Source: Candidatus Fimisoma sp. (GTDB taxonomy: Bacteria > Bacillota > Clostridia > Peptostreptococcales > Anaerovoracaceae). From it: a DNA stretch of 64,000 nucleotides. The stretch lies in contig JAZNUK010000011.1 of NCBI GenBank assembly GCA_045592265.1, positions 9,011 through 73,010 on the forward strand, in the 5' to 3' direction. Both the position numbers and the translations under genes were made by a program. The notes below the pieces were generated by a model that saw nothing but the letters and a program-made list of their open reading frames with translations, made no database searches and was not told the DNA's origin. Shown here piece after piece: positions 19,397 to 30,201 of this stretch (its first letter is position 1; every line of letters begins with the position of its first letter).

Positions 19397-19549
19397 GTAC
19401 CATTAGGCGTGTCCTATCCCAAAAATCTTGATTTTTTTCTCGCGGGAGTATATCATATTCCCTATAAGATTACAGTAGTCTAAAATAACTATTCTTTAAT
19501 TCTAAGAAAGGAGCAGCCCCGCGGTTAGGCTGCAAGGTGACATATCATT

Positions 19550-20788
19550 ATGGAAAATACAATTTTAGAGTCCACAGATATTTTGGAAGAAAATCAGCAA
19601 GAACAAGAAAACCAAGAAAATAAAGAAAACCCACAAGACAGGGAAAGAGAACAGGATAAAAGAGAAAGGCCGGAGGTAGAAGGAATCTTGGAGATTCAAG
19701 AAGAAAACAACTTCGGATTTTTGCGGTTTTCAAATTTTCTTACAAGCGAAAAACACATCTATGTTTCGCCTACACAAATAAGAAGATTCAATCTGAAAAC
19801 AGGAGATAAGATAAAAGGCATAAGCAGGTTGCCAAATGAAGGAGAAAGATTCGGGGCGCTGCTTTATGTTCTTACCGTCAACGGCGATGAGCCGGGAGCT
19901 GCCATTAGGAGGCCTGACTTTGACGATTTAACACCTGTATTTCCTTACGAAAGAATAAGGCTGGAAGATGGAAGCCGCGACCTTTCCATGAGGCTTATAG
20001 ACCTTATTGCACCTATCGGCAAGGGGCAGAGAGGACTCATCGTGGCACCGCCAAAGGCAGGAAAGACGGTCCTTTTGAAGAGGGTGGCAAATGCCATCGA
20101 GGCCAACTATCCGGAAGTGGAACTTATAGTTCTTCTGGTAGATGAAAGACCGGAAGAAGTTACAGATATGAAAAGATCTCTCAAAGGAGGCGAGGTCATA
20201 TATTCAACCTTTGACGAACTTCCTCAGCACCATGTAAAGGTGGCTGAAATGGTGCTTGCAAGGGCACAGAGGCTGGTTGAACACGGAAAAGATGTGGTAA
20301 TATTACTAGACAGCATAACCAGACTGGCAAGGGCATACAACTTGGTAGTTCCCGCTTCGGGAAGAACCTTGTCAGGAGGTCTGGACCCGGGAGCGCTCCA
20401 CAAGCCTAAGAAATTCTTTGGAGCGGCAAGGAAGATGGAAGAAGGCGGCTCAATAACCATTCTGGCGACGGCATTGGTGGAAACGGGAAGCCGTATGGAT
20501 GATGTTATCTTTGAGGAATTCAAGGGAACCGGCAACATGGAACTTCACCTGGACAGGAAGCTTTCAGAAAAGAGAATATTCCCTGCATTAAGTCTCAACA
20601 AATCAGGAACCAGAAGAGAGGACCTTCTTATGAATCAGGAAGAACTGGAGGCAATATGGGCCATGAGGCGAGCCCTTTCGGGAGGATCAACTCAGGACGT
20701 TACAGAAACCATAATAGAAAATCTGGCACATACCAAGACCAACAGCGATTTTATCAAAGTTATAAAAAAGGTAATGCTGGATGAGTAA
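19550..20788 (+). CDS. rho: Transcription termination factor Rho
   Basis: RNA-binding GFGFLRF, Walker A PPKAGKT, and a RecA-type ATPase core. The N-terminal roughly 45 aa are acidic and Q/N-rich instead of the usual helical Rho_N domain. Confidence 0.9.
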   Translation: MENTILESTDILEENQQEQENQENKENPQDREREQDKRERPEVEGILEIQEENNFGFLRFSNFLTSEKHIYVSPTQIRRFNLKTGDKIKGISRLPNEGERFGALLYVLTVNGDEPGAAIRRPDFDDLTPVFPYERIRLEDGSRDLSMRLIDLIAPIGKGQRGLIVAPPKAGKTVLLKRVANAIEANYPEVELIVLLVDERPEEVTDMKRSLKGGEVIYSTFDELPQHHVKVAEMVLARAQRLVEHGKDVVILLDSITRLARAYNLVVPASGRTLSGGLDPGALHKPKKFFGAARKMEEGGSITILATALVETGSRMDDVIFEEFKGTGNMELHLDRKLSEKRIFPALSLNKSGTRREDLLMNQEELEAIWAMRRALSGGSTQDVTETIIENLAHTKTNSDFIKVIKKVMLDE

Positions 20789-20822
20789 CTTACAGAAAAA
20801 GAAAAAAGTAAAAGGGTGAATT

Positions 20823-21845
20823 ATGGATAAAAGCAAGATTTTTTTAAAGGGAGCCTGTCCCACTTCCATTGGAGGACAAGCCATAATAGAAGGCATAATG
20901 ATGAGGGGACCGGAGAAGATGGCAACAGCCATCAGACTTCCTGACGGAACCATTCATATGAAGACCGCACCTACACCCAAGGGGAGCAAGTGGGGAAAGA
21001 TCCCTCTTATCAGAGGAGTGGTGAATTTTGTCGCATCCCTGGTACAGGGGACAAAGGTTTTGATGTACTCGGCAGATATTTTGGAAAAGCACTATCCGGA
21101 GCAATATCAAAAGGACAAGTTTGACCTGTGGATGGAGAAAAAGTTTGGCAAGGAGAAGGCGTGGAATATACTGATGATTTTTTCCGTATGTCTGGCTGTC
21201 GCTTTATCTGTGGGGATTTTTATGATAGCACCTACGGTGGTGACGGGGCTTTTATCTAGGGTGACGGAAAGTATAATTGTTCTGAACTTGGCAGAAGGAT
21301 TGATGAGAATTTTAATTTTTGCCATATACGTTTTAGCAATTTCCAAGATGGAAGACATCAGAACGGTTTTTCAATATCACGGTGCGGAGCACAAGACTAT
21401 TCATTGCTTCGAAAAGGGTCTTGACCTTACACCGGAAAATGCACAGCAGTTTTACACCCTTCACCCAAGATGCGGCACAAGCTTTCTCATGTTTGTCATG
21501 GTAGTGGCGGTTTTGGTTCATGCCTTCATGGGTTGGCCCAATGTATGGCTGAGAATAGGCTCCAGACTATTGGTACTGCCTTTAATAGCGGGAATTTCCT
21601 ACGAACTTTTAAAATGGGCGGGACGAAGTGACAACTGGCTTGTTAGATTTTTAAGCTTGCCGGGAATCTACCTTCAGAAACTGACCACCAAGGAGCCGGA
21701 AATAAAGCATCTTGAGGTGGCTATTGCAGCCATGAAGGCAGTTTTGCCGGAAAATGACACCCCTTATTTTGAAGGAATATGTAATTTGGACGGAAGCCCT
21801 GTAGATATAACAAAGATAGTTGAAAAGAAAGAGATAGAAAGATGA
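20823..21845 (+). CDS. DUF1385-domain membrane protein
   Basis: GGQAIIEGIMMRG and YHGAEHKTIHCFE motifs. It is in the conserved position upstream of prmC. Confidence 0.8.
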   Translation: MDKSKIFLKGACPTSIGGQAIIEGIMMRGPEKMATAIRLPDGTIHMKTAPTPKGSKWGKIPLIRGVVNFVASLVQGTKVLMYSADILEKHYPEQYQKDKFDLWMEKKFGKEKAWNILMIFSVCLAVALSVGIFMIAPTVVTGLLSRVTESIIVLNLAEGLMRILIFAIYVLAISKMEDIRTVFQYHGAEHKTIHCFEKGLDLTPENAQQFYTLHPRCGTSFLMFVMVVAVLVHAFMGWPNVWLRIGSRLLVLPLIAGISYELLKWAGRSDNWLVRFLSLPGIYLQKLTTKEPEIKHLEVAIAAMKAVLPENDTPYFEGICNLDGSPVDITKIVEKKEIER

Positions 21846-22750
21846 GTTTACCATTAAAAGAATTGATAAGGATAGGAGAAAAACAGTTGGCTGACGCAGG
21901 AGTTGCAGATGCTGCACCGGATGCCAAAAGCCTTTACTGTTTCATGGACAAGCTGGATTCCGTAGGCCTTATGATGCATTGGCAGGATGTGCTGGCAGAC
22001 AACATATGCGAAGAGTATTTTGACTTGGTAGAGCGAAGAGCTTCAGGAGAACCTCTGCAATATATAACCGGAAACCAGGCGTTTATGGGATTGGAATTTA
22101 TGGTAAATCCATCAGTACTGATTCCTAGGCAGGACACGGAGACAATGGTGGAAGATGCCATAGAAGTGATAACTAAAGGAACCTTGAGAGGGATGGATTA
22201 TGCCAAGGGCCAGAATATTAAGGATGTTCTTGATTTATGCTGCGGCAGCGGTGCAATAGGAATATCAATTGCCAAGCTGTGCGAAAAAACCAAGGTTGTA
22301 TGTTCCGATATAAGTGACGAAGCTTTGGTTGTGGCAAACCATAATGCCCGTGTCAACGGCTGCAAGAATCTTAAGATACAAAAGAGCGATTTGTTTGAAA
22401 GCTTCAGCGGCAAATTGGGAAACAAAAAATTCGATATGATAATCTCCAATCCACCTTACATAAAAAGTGATGTAATTCCTAAACTACAGAGAGAAGTAAA
22501 AGACCACGAGCCCTTGTTGGCCCTTGACGGCGGAAGAGATGGACTTGATTTTTACAGACGAATAGTTAAAGAGGCGGCAAGCCATCTGCAAAAGGAAGGA
22601 ATCCTTATGATGGAAATCGGATGGGACCAAGGAAGCACATTATTAAAGATGCTGGAAGAAACACAGAGTTTTGAAAAAATCGGTTGTCTCAAAGATTTGG
22701 CAGGCAGGGACCGCATAGTAATTGCCCAGTTGAAAAAGAAGAATAAATAA
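21842..22750 (+). CDS. prmC: Release-factor glutamine N5-methyltransferase
   Basis: DLCCGSGAIG SAM-binding motif and the NPPY catalytic motif. The start overlaps the previous stop. Confidence 0.9.
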   Translation: MSLPLKELIRIGEKQLADAGVADAAPDAKSLYCFMDKLDSVGLMMHWQDVLADNICEEYFDLVERRASGEPLQYITGNQAFMGLEFMVNPSVLIPRQDTETMVEDAIEVITKGTLRGMDYAKGQNIKDVLDLCCGSGAIGISIAKLCEKTKVVCSDISDEALVVANHNARVNGCKNLKIQKSDLFESFSGKLGNKKFDMIISNPPYIKSDVIPKLQREVKDHEPLLALDGGRDGLDFYRRIVKEAASHLQKEGILMMEIGWDQGSTLLKMLEETQSFEKIGCLKDLAGRDRIVIAQLKKKNK

Positions 22751-22888
22751 ACAATAGCCAAAACCCTTGAAAAACACCCAAAAGATGCAAAAAAACACTT
22801 GCTTTAATTTAGGAACAGTGATATATTATAAAAGCTGTAAATAGACAGCTAAAAAATTTGCCCTACAGGGCAGGAAAGAGGAAAAAAC

Positions 22889-23089
22889 ATGAGGGAAGGA
22901 ATCCATCCTGATTATAAGGAATGTAAAGTAACTTGCGCATGTGGTAACAGTTTCGTTACAAAATCAACAAAGGAAGAAATCAGACTTGACGTATGTTCAG
23001 CATGTCATCCGTTCTTCACAGGTCAGCAGAAGTTCGTTAACAGAGGCGGCCGTGTTGAGAAGTTTAAGAACAAGTACAACATTGACTAA
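22889..23089 (+). CDS. rpmE: 50S ribosomal protein L31
   Basis: MREGIHPDY start and C..C...C.ACHPFFTG zinc-type motifs. 66 aa. Confidence 0.95.
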   Translation: MREGIHPDYKECKVTCACGNSFVTKSTKEEIRLDVCSACHPFFTGQQKFVNRGGRVEKFKNKYNID

Positions 23090-23100
23090 TAATCAAAAGC

Positions 23101-23126
23101 AAACCGGAAGCAATTCCGGTTTTTTA
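23101..23126 (+). terminator. Intrinsic terminator after rpmE
   Basis: AACCGGAA-GCAA-TTCCGGTT followed by TTTTT. Confidence 0.7.
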
Positions 23127-23288
23127 AATGCCTGCATTTTTTAGCCAATAGTAAAGATTGAGGGAATAAAGAGAAAATCAATGGCGTAATAAAGAGAACC
23201 GCAATCGATACTTTTCAAAATAAGGGCTTTGTGCTATAATAATCGTTTAGATATAGGTTATTCAAATTAGGATATTAAGGAGACCGAA

Positions 23289-24350
23289 ATGTTTGATAAA
23301 TTAGATTTTATTTTAGAAAAATACGAGGAACTTTCCATGAAGGTTTCAGACCCTGATGTGATAAACAACCAGCCTCTGTGGCAAAAACACATCAAAGAAA
23401 TGGGAGAAATGGAGCCTATTGTTAACAAATACAGAGAGTATAAGAAGGCCAAGGAAGGTGTGGCAGAAGCCAAAGAAATGCTGGAAATGGGAGATGAAGA
23501 ACTTAGGGAACTGGCAAAGATGGAGCTTTCCGAGCTGGAAGACCAAATTCCTGAAATGGAAAATGAACTGAAAATTCTCCTTCTTCCAAAAGACCCTAAT
23601 GACGAGAAAAACGTTATTCTGGAAGTTCGTGCGGGAACGGGGGGCGAAGAAGCGGCTCTCTTCGGACAGGATCTGCTCCGCATGTATTTGAGATACACCG
23701 AAAGGCGTGGTTGGAAAGCGGAAGTCATGGATATGAACGATACGGGAATAGGCGGCATCAAGGAAGCCAGCGTTCTCATAAAAGGTAAGGGAGCATACTC
23801 AAGACTAAAATATGAAAGCGGAACTCACAGAGTTCAGCGTGTACCGGAGACGGAAAGCTCCGGAAGAATACACACATCTGCAGCTACGGTGGCGGTACTT
23901 CCGGAAGTGGACGATGTAGAAGTTCAAATAAATCCCAACGATGTAAGAGTGGATGTATACCGTTCATCAGGTAACGGCGGACAGTGCGTAAATACCACTG
24001 ACTCGGCAGTAAGATTGACCCACATACCATCGGGACTTGTGGTAACATGTCAGGATGAAAAGTCTCAGATTAAAAATAAAGAAAAGGCATTTAAGGTTCT
24101 TCGTTCAAGGCTTTATGATTTGAAGCTGCAGGAACAAAATGACGAAATTTCCGCAGAAAGAAGAAGTCAGGTAGGTTCAGGAGACAGAAGTGAAAGAATA
24201 AGAACTTACAACTTCCCACAGGGAAGGGTGACAGATCACCGCATAGGAATGACCATATACAAACTTGACGGATTCTTGGATGGCGAAATAGACGAAATAA
24301 TAGATGGACTTATCACCAGTGATCAAGCAGAAAAAATGAAAAACTTCTAA
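23289..24350 (+). CDS. prfA: Peptide chain release factor 1
   Basis: [14 protein letters not shown] (RF1-type PxT tripeptide region) and the SGNGGQ (GGQ) motif. Confidence 0.95.
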   Translation: MFDKLDFILEKYEELSMKVSDPDVINNQPLWQKHIKEMGEMEPIVNKYREYKKAKEGVAEAKEMLEMGDEELRELAKMELSELEDQIPEMENELKILLLPKDPNDEKNVILEVRAGTGGEEAALFGQDLLRMYLRYTERRGWKAEVMDMNDTGIGGIKEASVLIKGKGAYSRLKYESGTHRVQRVPETESSGRIHTSAATVAVLPEVDDVEVQINPNDVRVDVYRSSGNGGQCVNTTDSAVRLTHIPSGLVVTCQDEKSQIKNKEKAFKVLRSRLYDLKLQEQNDEISAERRSQVGSGDRSERIRTYNFPQGRVTDHRIGMTIYKLDGFLDGEIDEIIDGLITSDQAEKMKNF

Positions 24351-24373
24351 TATCTAATAGAAAAGATAAAAAC

Positions 24374-25417
24374 ATGGATATGATGGTATATACGAGAATT
24401 TTTGGAACAACTGAAGAGGATATCAAGCAGGCGGCCGAGATAATAAAAGAAGGCGGCTTGGTGGCATTTCCTACGGAAACCGTTTACGGTTTGGGAGCCA
24501 ACGCTCTTGACACTGAGGCTGTAGGAAAAGTATACACCGCAAAGGGAAGACCAAGTGACAATCCTATGATTGTGCATATTGCCAACAAGGAAGATGTGGC
24601 AAGGTTGACTCCTTCTATCACGGAAGACATGGAGAAGCTTATGGAAGCCTTTTGGCCCGGACCTCTGACCATGGTAGTAGCTGCAAAGGAAGAAATTCCG
24701 CGAGTTACAACGGGCGGCCTTGATACAGTTGCCGTGAGAATGCCTGCCAGCGATGTGGCCCTTAGTTTGATAAGGGAAGCAGGTGTACCGGTGGCAGCCC
24801 CAAGTGCCAACCTTTCGGGAAGACCTAGTCCTACCACAGCCATGCATGTTTATGATGACCTGAAGGACAGGATAGATGCAGTTATCCAGGGGGACACTTG
24901 TAAAGTGGGAATAGAATCCACAGTAGTTGATATGACGGAAGAAGCACCCATGATTCTCAGGCCGGGGATAGTGACTCAGCAAGAGATAGCAGATGTCCTG
25001 TCAAAGGAAGTTGCACTGGACCCGGCACTTTTGGAAAAACCGGACATGTTCAATAACGATGGCTTGCTTGAAGAGGGAAGAGAATTTAAGCCAAAATCTC
25101 CCGGCATGAAATATAAACATTATGCCCCTAAGGCAGAAATGGTAATTTTCTCCGGAGAGGATCCTGAAAAAGTGAGACTTGCTATAGCTACTGAGAAGAT
25201 GACAAGAGTGGGCTATGGTCAAAAGGTGGGAGTGCTTATCTTTGAGAAAGAATCACCGGAGGATATAGCAAGAGAATTTTTTGGGCAACTAAGGGCTTTT
25301 GACAAGATCGGTGTAGATGTAATATTTGCTGCCGCAATCAAAGAAGATGGTGTAGGCCTGGCGGTTATGAACAGGATGTTCAAATCAGCAGGTTACAATA
25401 TAAGGGAAATAAAATAG
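24374..25417 (+). CDS. tsaC: L-threonylcarbamoyladenylate synthase (Sua5/YwlC type, with C-terminal Sua5 domain)
   Basis: FPTETVYGLGANAL and SANLSGRPSPT motifs. 347 aa. Confidence 0.85.
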   Translation: MDMMVYTRIFGTTEEDIKQAAEIIKEGGLVAFPTETVYGLGANALDTEAVGKVYTAKGRPSDNPMIVHIANKEDVARLTPSITEDMEKLMEAFWPGPLTMVVAAKEEIPRVTTGGLDTVAVRMPASDVALSLIREAGVPVAAPSANLSGRPSPTTAMHVYDDLKDRIDAVIQGDTCKVGIESTVVDMTEEAPMILRPGIVTQQEIADVLSKEVALDPALLEKPDMFNNDGLLEEGREFKPKSPGMKYKHYAPKAEMVIFSGEDPEKVRLAIATEKMTRVGYGQKVGVLIFEKESPEDIAREFFGQLRAFDKIGVDVIFAAAIKEDGVGLAVMNRMFKSAGYNIREIK

Positions 25418-25428
25418 AGGTATTAGAT

Positions 25429-25860
25429 ATGAAAATAGCAATTGCAAGCGACCACGGTGGCTTTGAGCTGAAAGAAGAGATTAAAAAGCATCTACAAGAC
25501 AGAGGTGTGGAGGTTTTGGATTTGGGAACCTATTCCAAAGAGTCTGTGGACTATCCTCAATATGGCAAGCTTTGCGGAGAAACTGTGGTGTCCGGTGAAG
25601 TAGAACTAGGCATTGTAGTGTGCGGTACAGGTATAGGAATCTCAATAGCAGCAAACAAAGTTAAAGGCGTACGTTGTGGACTTTGTACGTCGGTGGAAAT
25701 GGCAAAACTGACAAAGCAGCATAACAACGCCAACATCCTTGCGCTGGGAGGAAGGACCACTTCCGTTGAGTTGGCAAGAGAAATTGTAGACGCATGGCTC
25801 GACACCGATTTTGAAGGCGGAAGACACCAGCGTCGCGTGGATATGCTTGATAATATGTAG
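25429..25860 (+). CDS. rpiB: Ribose-5-phosphate isomerase B
   Basis: [16 protein letters not shown] start and the [14 protein letters not shown] motif. Confidence 0.9.
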   Translation: MKIAIASDHGGFELKEEIKKHLQDRGVEVLDLGTYSKESVDYPQYGKLCGETVVSGEVELGIVVCGTGIGISIAANKVKGVRCGLCTSVEMAKLTKQHNNANILALGGRTTSVELAREIVDAWLDTDFEGGRHQRRVDMLDNM

Positions 25861-25886
25861 TTTTATATGATGAAGAGGAGAGAAAA

Positions 25887-26516
25887 ATGGGAAAAGTATA
25901 TGTATTTGATCATCCGTTAATTCAGCACAAAACCGCTTTAATGAGAAAAACCAGCACCAATGTTAAGGAGTTCAGAGAATTGGCAAAAGAGGTGGCAATG
26001 CTCATGGGTTTTGAAGCCACTCGGGATCTTCCTCTTGAAGAAGTGGAAATAGAAACACCGCTTTGCAAAACCCAGATGAAAATGTTAAAGGGAGAAGACA
26101 TAGCCATTGTTCCTATACTGAGGGCCGGCTTGGGCTTCGTTGATGGAATGCTTGCACTGGTACCTAATGCAAAGGTAGGTCATGTTGGTCTTTACAGAGA
26201 TCCGGAAACTCACCAGCCTGTAGAATATTATTGCAAACTTCCTGTGGACATTGAAAAAAGAAGAATATTTGTAGTCGACCCTATGCTTGCCACAGGTGGA
26301 AGTGCAGTTGCTGCTATAGACTTCATCAAGCAGAGAGGCGGCAAAGATATTGTGTTCATGTGTCTCATTGCAGCACCTGAAGGAATTGAAGTGTTACAGA
26401 AGGCACACCCTGATGTAGATATATATGTGGCAGCAAAAGATGAGAAATTAAATGAACATGCCTACATCATTCCGGGTCTTGGAGATGCCGGGGACAGATT
26501 GTACGGAACAAAATAA
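25887..26516 (+). CDS. upp: Uracil phosphoribosyltransferase
   Basis: [10 protein letters not shown] start, [15 protein letters not shown] loop, and an [12 protein letters not shown]-terminus. Confidence 0.95.
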   Translation: MGKVYVFDHPLIQHKTALMRKTSTNVKEFRELAKEVAMLMGFEATRDLPLEEVEIETPLCKTQMKMLKGEDIAIVPILRAGLGFVDGMLALVPNAKVGHVGLYRDPETHQPVEYYCKLPVDIEKRRIFVVDPMLATGGSAVAAIDFIKQRGGKDIVFMCLIAAPEGIEVLQKAHPDVDIYVAAKDEKLNEHAYIIPGLGDAGDRLYGTK

Positions 26517-26533
26517 CATAGGAGCAAAAGAAA

Positions 26534-27868
26534 ATGAAATTCGATTTTATACCAGATGACGTCAGCAAGTTTGATAATGTATATGACGTTCTCAAAGAAA
26601 GAGGCTTTATAGAACAATCCACTGATGAGGAAAAGGTGAGAGAGCTTCTTCAAAAAGAAAAGGTGAAATTTTATATAGGATTTGACCCGACGGCAGACTG
26701 CCTTCATGTAGGTCATTTCATGCAAGTCATTATAATGATGTATATGCAGAAGTTCGGACACACTCCCGTTGTTTTAATAGGCGGAGGCACAGGAATGGTG
26801 GGTGACCCATCGGGAAGAACGGATATGCGTCAGATTATGACAGTGGAAACAATAGAGCATAACTGCCAGCAGTTTAAGAATCTTTTCGATAAATTTCTTG
26901 AATTTGACGATGAGTGGAAATATGAAGGAAACAACGGCGTATATGAGCCGGGCCACGAAAACAAGAAGCCGGAACCGGGCAAAGCTGTTGCAGTAAATAA
27001 CGCACGTTGGCTCAGACCTCTTAACTATATCGACTTTGTAAGAGAAATAGGCTCTGCCTTCAATGTTAATACCATGCTTCGTGCGGAGTGTTTTAAGCAG
27101 AGAATGGAAAGAGAAGGTGGTCTGACTTTCTTTGAACTGAACTATATGCTTATGCAAAGCTACGACTTTATGGTTATGGCAAGGGATTTTGATGTTAAAA
27201 TTCAATTCGGAGGCAACGACCAATGGTCTAATATAATAGGCGGGGTTGAATTGACAAGGAAGAAAGTCGGCAAGGAAGTTTACGGAATGACCTTCTCTCT
27301 TTTGACCAATTCCGAAGGACAAAAAATGGGAAAGACCGCCAAGGGGGCACTGTGGCTCAGCCCTGAGAAGACCAGCCCTTATGAATTCTTCCAATATTGG
27401 AGGAATGTGGGAGATGCTGATGTTAACAAGTGTCTGAGAATGTTGACCTTCCTTCCTATGGAGGAAGTTAACAGATTGTCTTCCCTTGAAGGTTCAGAGA
27501 TAAATAAAGCCAAGGAAATCCTTGCATTTGAAGTGACTAAGCTGGTTCACGGAGAAGAAGAAGCTAAGAAAGCTTTGGACGGGGCCAGAGCGGCTTTCTC
27601 CGGAGGGGGAAGCATGGCTAATATCCCTACAGTGAAAATGGATAAGGCTGTCTTTGATGGAGAAGGAATAGGTGTGGTTACTCTCATTAAAGACTTAGGA
27701 CTTGTGCCAAGCAACAGAGAAGGATTTATGACCATAGAGCAGGGCGGATTGTCCTTGGGAGGCAGCAAGGTAACAGACAAGAAACTGCAAGTTACGGTTG
27801 ACATGTTTGAAGACAACAAACTTCTTATACAAAAAGGAAAAAAGAAATTCCTTATGGTAGAAATATAA
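26534..27868 (+). CDS. tyrS: Tyrosine--tRNA ligase
   Basis: HVGH (HIGH) and KMGKT (KMSKS) motifs with a C-terminal S4-like domain. 444 aa. It lies only 17 nt after upp, with no leader. Confidence 0.9.
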   Translation: MKFDFIPDDVSKFDNVYDVLKERGFIEQSTDEEKVRELLQKEKVKFYIGFDPTADCLHVGHFMQVIIMMYMQKFGHTPVVLIGGGTGMVGDPSGRTDMRQIMTVETIEHNCQQFKNLFDKFLEFDDEWKYEGNNGVYEPGHENKKPEPGKAVAVNNARWLRPLNYIDFVREIGSAFNVNTMLRAECFKQRMEREGGLTFFELNYMLMQSYDFMVMARDFDVKIQFGGNDQWSNIIGGVELTRKKVGKEVYGMTFSLLTNSEGQKMGKTAKGALWLSPEKTSPYEFFQYWRNVGDADVNKCLRMLTFLPMEEVNRLSSLEGSEINKAKEILAFEVTKLVHGEEEAKKALDGARAAFSGGGSMANIPTVKMDKAVFDGEGIGVVTLIKDLGLVPSNREGFMTIEQGGLSLGGSKVTDKKLQVTVDMFEDNKLLIQKGKKKFLMVEI

Positions 27869-27895
27869 TATTTTCAGAAAATTCAATAAACACTA

Positions 27896-27924
27896 TTGAC
27901 AAATAAAAATATTTGGAGTATCAT
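27896..27924 (+). promoter_or_regulatory. Putative sigma-A promoter
   Basis: TTGACA, 17-nt spacer, TATCAT, directly after the tyrS stop. Confidence 0.55.
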
Positions 27925-27970
27925 AGCCATAACATCCTTTGGAGGTTAATATTTTGAAAGGAGAAATGGC

Positions 27971-28087
27971 ATGTTGATGAAGTCAGCGGTAATGGTAGCA
28001 GAATATTTTGGTTTCGTCTTTAGCAATGAATTTAATTTCTTTGCTGGTTTTAGATTACCAAAATTAGATAGTGCCATGTATAGCTGA
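27971..28087 (+). CDS. Candidate 38-codon Phe/Tyr-rich leader peptide
   Basis: AAGGAG lies 7 nt upstream of the ATG. The product is MLMKSAVMVAEYFGFVFSNEFNFFAGFRLPKLDSAMYS, with 7 Phe and 2 Tyr. It is too short to appear in the supplied ORF track. Confidence 0.35.
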   Translation: MLMKSAVMVAEYFGFVFSNEFNFFAGFRLPKLDSAMYS

Positions 28088-28134
28088 TTTATCAAAAGTA
28101 TTTCTCGATTTGTATAAAACATATTTGGAAGAAT

Positions 28135-28170
28135 AGGCTCATTCAGCTACAGGCATGAATGAGCCTTTTT
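28135..28170 (+). terminator. Leader terminator or attenuator upstream of the ABC operon
   Basis: 11-bp stem AGGCTCATTCA/TGAATGAGCCT followed by TTTT, 33 nt before the SBP gene start. Confidence 0.6.
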
Positions 28171-28202
28171 AAATTCCGTAATAAAAGAAAAGGAGAGTAG
28201 AA

Positions 28203-29186
28203 ATGAAAAAGATTATTGCGTTGTTGTTAGTTATTGTTATGACCGTGGGATTGTGTTCCTGTGGAGCCCCGGCGGCTTCAGATGATGAAGTTTTGAAAAT
28301 AGGAATAATTCAGCTTATTAAGCATGATTCGCTTGATGACACATATCAGGGCTTTGTAGATAAGCTGGAAGAAATGGGATATGTTGATGGTGAAAATATT
28401 GAGATTGATTATCAGATTGCTTCAGGGGAACAGGCCAATTGCTTATCTATAGCGGAAGCAATGGTAAACGATAACAAAGACTTGATTTTCTGCATAGCAA
28501 CACCGGCAGCACAGGCAGCAGCAAGTAAGACAAACGAGATTCCTATTTTGGTTTCTGCTGTTACAGATCCTGCAGGTTCCGGATTGGTAGCTTCCAACGA
28601 GGAGCCGGGTGGCAATGTATCAGGAAGTTCAGACCTTACACCTGTAACAGATCAAATCAATATGTTGACAGAAATCATGCCACAGGCAAAGAAAATAGCG
28701 GTACTTTATTGCTCCAGCGAATCCAATTCCGCTATTCAGGTGCAAATGGCAAAAGATGCAGCTAAAACACATGGACTTGAAGTTGTAGAAGCATCAGTAT
28801 CAAATTCAAATGAAATTCAGCAGGTGGTAGCATCACTGGAAGGAAAGGTAGATGCCATTTATGCGCCTACTGACAATGTAATTGCAGCAGGAATGGCAAC
28901 AGTTTCAATGGTTGCAACAGAGGCAGGGTTGCCTGTAATTACGGGGGCTATGGCAATGACTGAAGAGGGTGGATTAGCATCCTATGCTCTTGAGTATTAT
29001 GACCTTGGAGCAGTTACGGCACAACAGGCTGTTAAAATTTTAGTAGATGGTGAAGATATCTCAAAGATGCCAATAGAATATTTAAGCGGTGACACCTTAA
29101 AGTATGGAGTGAATAAGGCTATCGCCGATAAACTGGGAATCACAATTCCTGAAGAAATAATGAAAGAGGCCACAATATTTGAATAA
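28203..29186 (+). CDS. ABC transporter substrate-binding lipoprotein (COG2984 family; KEGG label 'putative tryptophan/tyrosine transport system')
   Basis: Lipobox LCSCG. IGIIQL...HDSLD and the overall layout fit the ABC_sub_bind family. Confidence 0.75.
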   Translation: MKKIIALLLVIVMTVGLCSCGAPAASDDEVLKIGIIQLIKHDSLDDTYQGFVDKLEEMGYVDGENIEIDYQIASGEQANCLSIAEAMVNDNKDLIFCIATPAAQAAASKTNEIPILVSAVTDPAGSGLVASNEEPGGNVSGSSDLTPVTDQINMLTEIMPQAKKIAVLYCSSESNSAIQVQMAKDAAKTHGLEVVEASVSNSNEIQQVVASLEGKVDAIYAPTDNVIAAGMATVSMVATEAGLPVITGAMAMTEEGGLASYALEYYDLGAVTAQQAVKILVDGEDISKMPIEYLSGDTLKYGVNKAIADKLGITIPEEIMKEATIFE

Positions 29187-29246
29187 TGCATAATGGGGCG
29201 GTCTTAAGCCGCCCCACAATAAAAGCCTCAAGAAGGAGCTTGTACT

Positions 29247-30200
29247 ATGGATTTTCTTTTAAGCGTACTAAAAAATATGCCCGATGCGGTTTCTCTGGGA
29301 TTGGTATGGGGAATTATGGCTATCGGCGTATATATAACATTTAAAATTCTTGATATTCCTGATATGACTGTGGATGGAACCTTTGCTTTAGGCGGCTGTA
29401 TAGTTGCAGCCTCAATTACTACAGGGTGGAATCCTTTGCTGGCGATGATAGTAGCTATCCTTTGTGGTATGGCTGCAGGTTTCGTTACAGGTCTTTTGCA
29501 TACAAAGTTGAAGATTCCTGCAATTTTGGCAGGTATATTAACGATGCTGGCTCTATACTCGGTAAATCTCATGATTATGGGCGGAAAGTCAAACATAGGC
29601 ATGGCACAGTTTGGAAGTCAGAAAGTTGCTACAGCACTTGATACAATTGCAACCTTTTTACACATAAATGCCAAAACAACCAATATTACACTTGGGATTG
29701 TTTTAGCTATCGGTATAATTGCTGCGTTGTACTGGTTCTTTGGTACAGAAACGGGTAGCTTGGTTAGAGCCACCGGAATAAACGAGGCAATGGTTAAAGC
29801 ACAAGGAGGCAATACAGATGCTATGAAAATTCTGGGACTTGTCATAGCAAACGGTCTCGTGGCTTTTTCAGGGGCACTTGTTGCGCAGATCCAAAGATAC
29901 GGTGATGTGGGGATGGGAACAGGAACCATAGTTATAGGCCTTGCATCCATAATTATCGGAGAAGTGCTTTTTGGCAGAAGAAGTTCATTTAAAGTAAGGC
30001 TTATATCCGTTTTCGCAGGAAGTGTAATATACAGAGTGATAATTGCAATTGTACTGCTCATGGGCTTCAATCCAAACAATCTCAAACTTTTGACAGCTGT
30101 TTTGGTAGTAATTGCTCTTTCCGTTCCTGTTGCGAGGGAGTTTGCAAAAGAGAAAAAGCAGAGAAAAGAAAATCTAAAAAGGTACATGGAGGTGGAGTAA
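29247..30200 (+). CDS. ABC transporter permease (COG4120 family)
   Basis: 317-aa polytopic membrane protein, adjacent to the SBP and ATPase genes. Confidence 0.8.
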   Translation: MDFLLSVLKNMPDAVSLGLVWGIMAIGVYITFKILDIPDMTVDGTFALGGCIVAASITTGWNPLLAMIVAILCGMAAGFVTGLLHTKLKIPAILAGILTMLALYSVNLMIMGGKSNIGMAQFGSQKVATALDTIATFLHINAKTTNITLGIVLAIGIIAALYWFFGTETGSLVRATGINEAMVKAQGGNTDAMKILGLVIANGLVAFSGALVAQIQRYGDVGMGTGTIVIGLASIIIGEVLFGRRSSFKVRLISVFAGSVIYRVIIAIVLLMGFNPNNLKLLTAVLVVIALSVPVAREFAKEKKQRKENLKRYMEVE

Positions 30201-30201
30201 G

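Noticed and set aside
27869-28202. A T-box or other known riboswitch upstream of the ABC operon, and upstream of tyrS.
   Set aside because: I found no T-box consensus (AGGGTGGTACCGCG-like) or other riboswitch core by eye, and tyrS has only a 17-nt upstream gap. A covariance-model scan is still needed.
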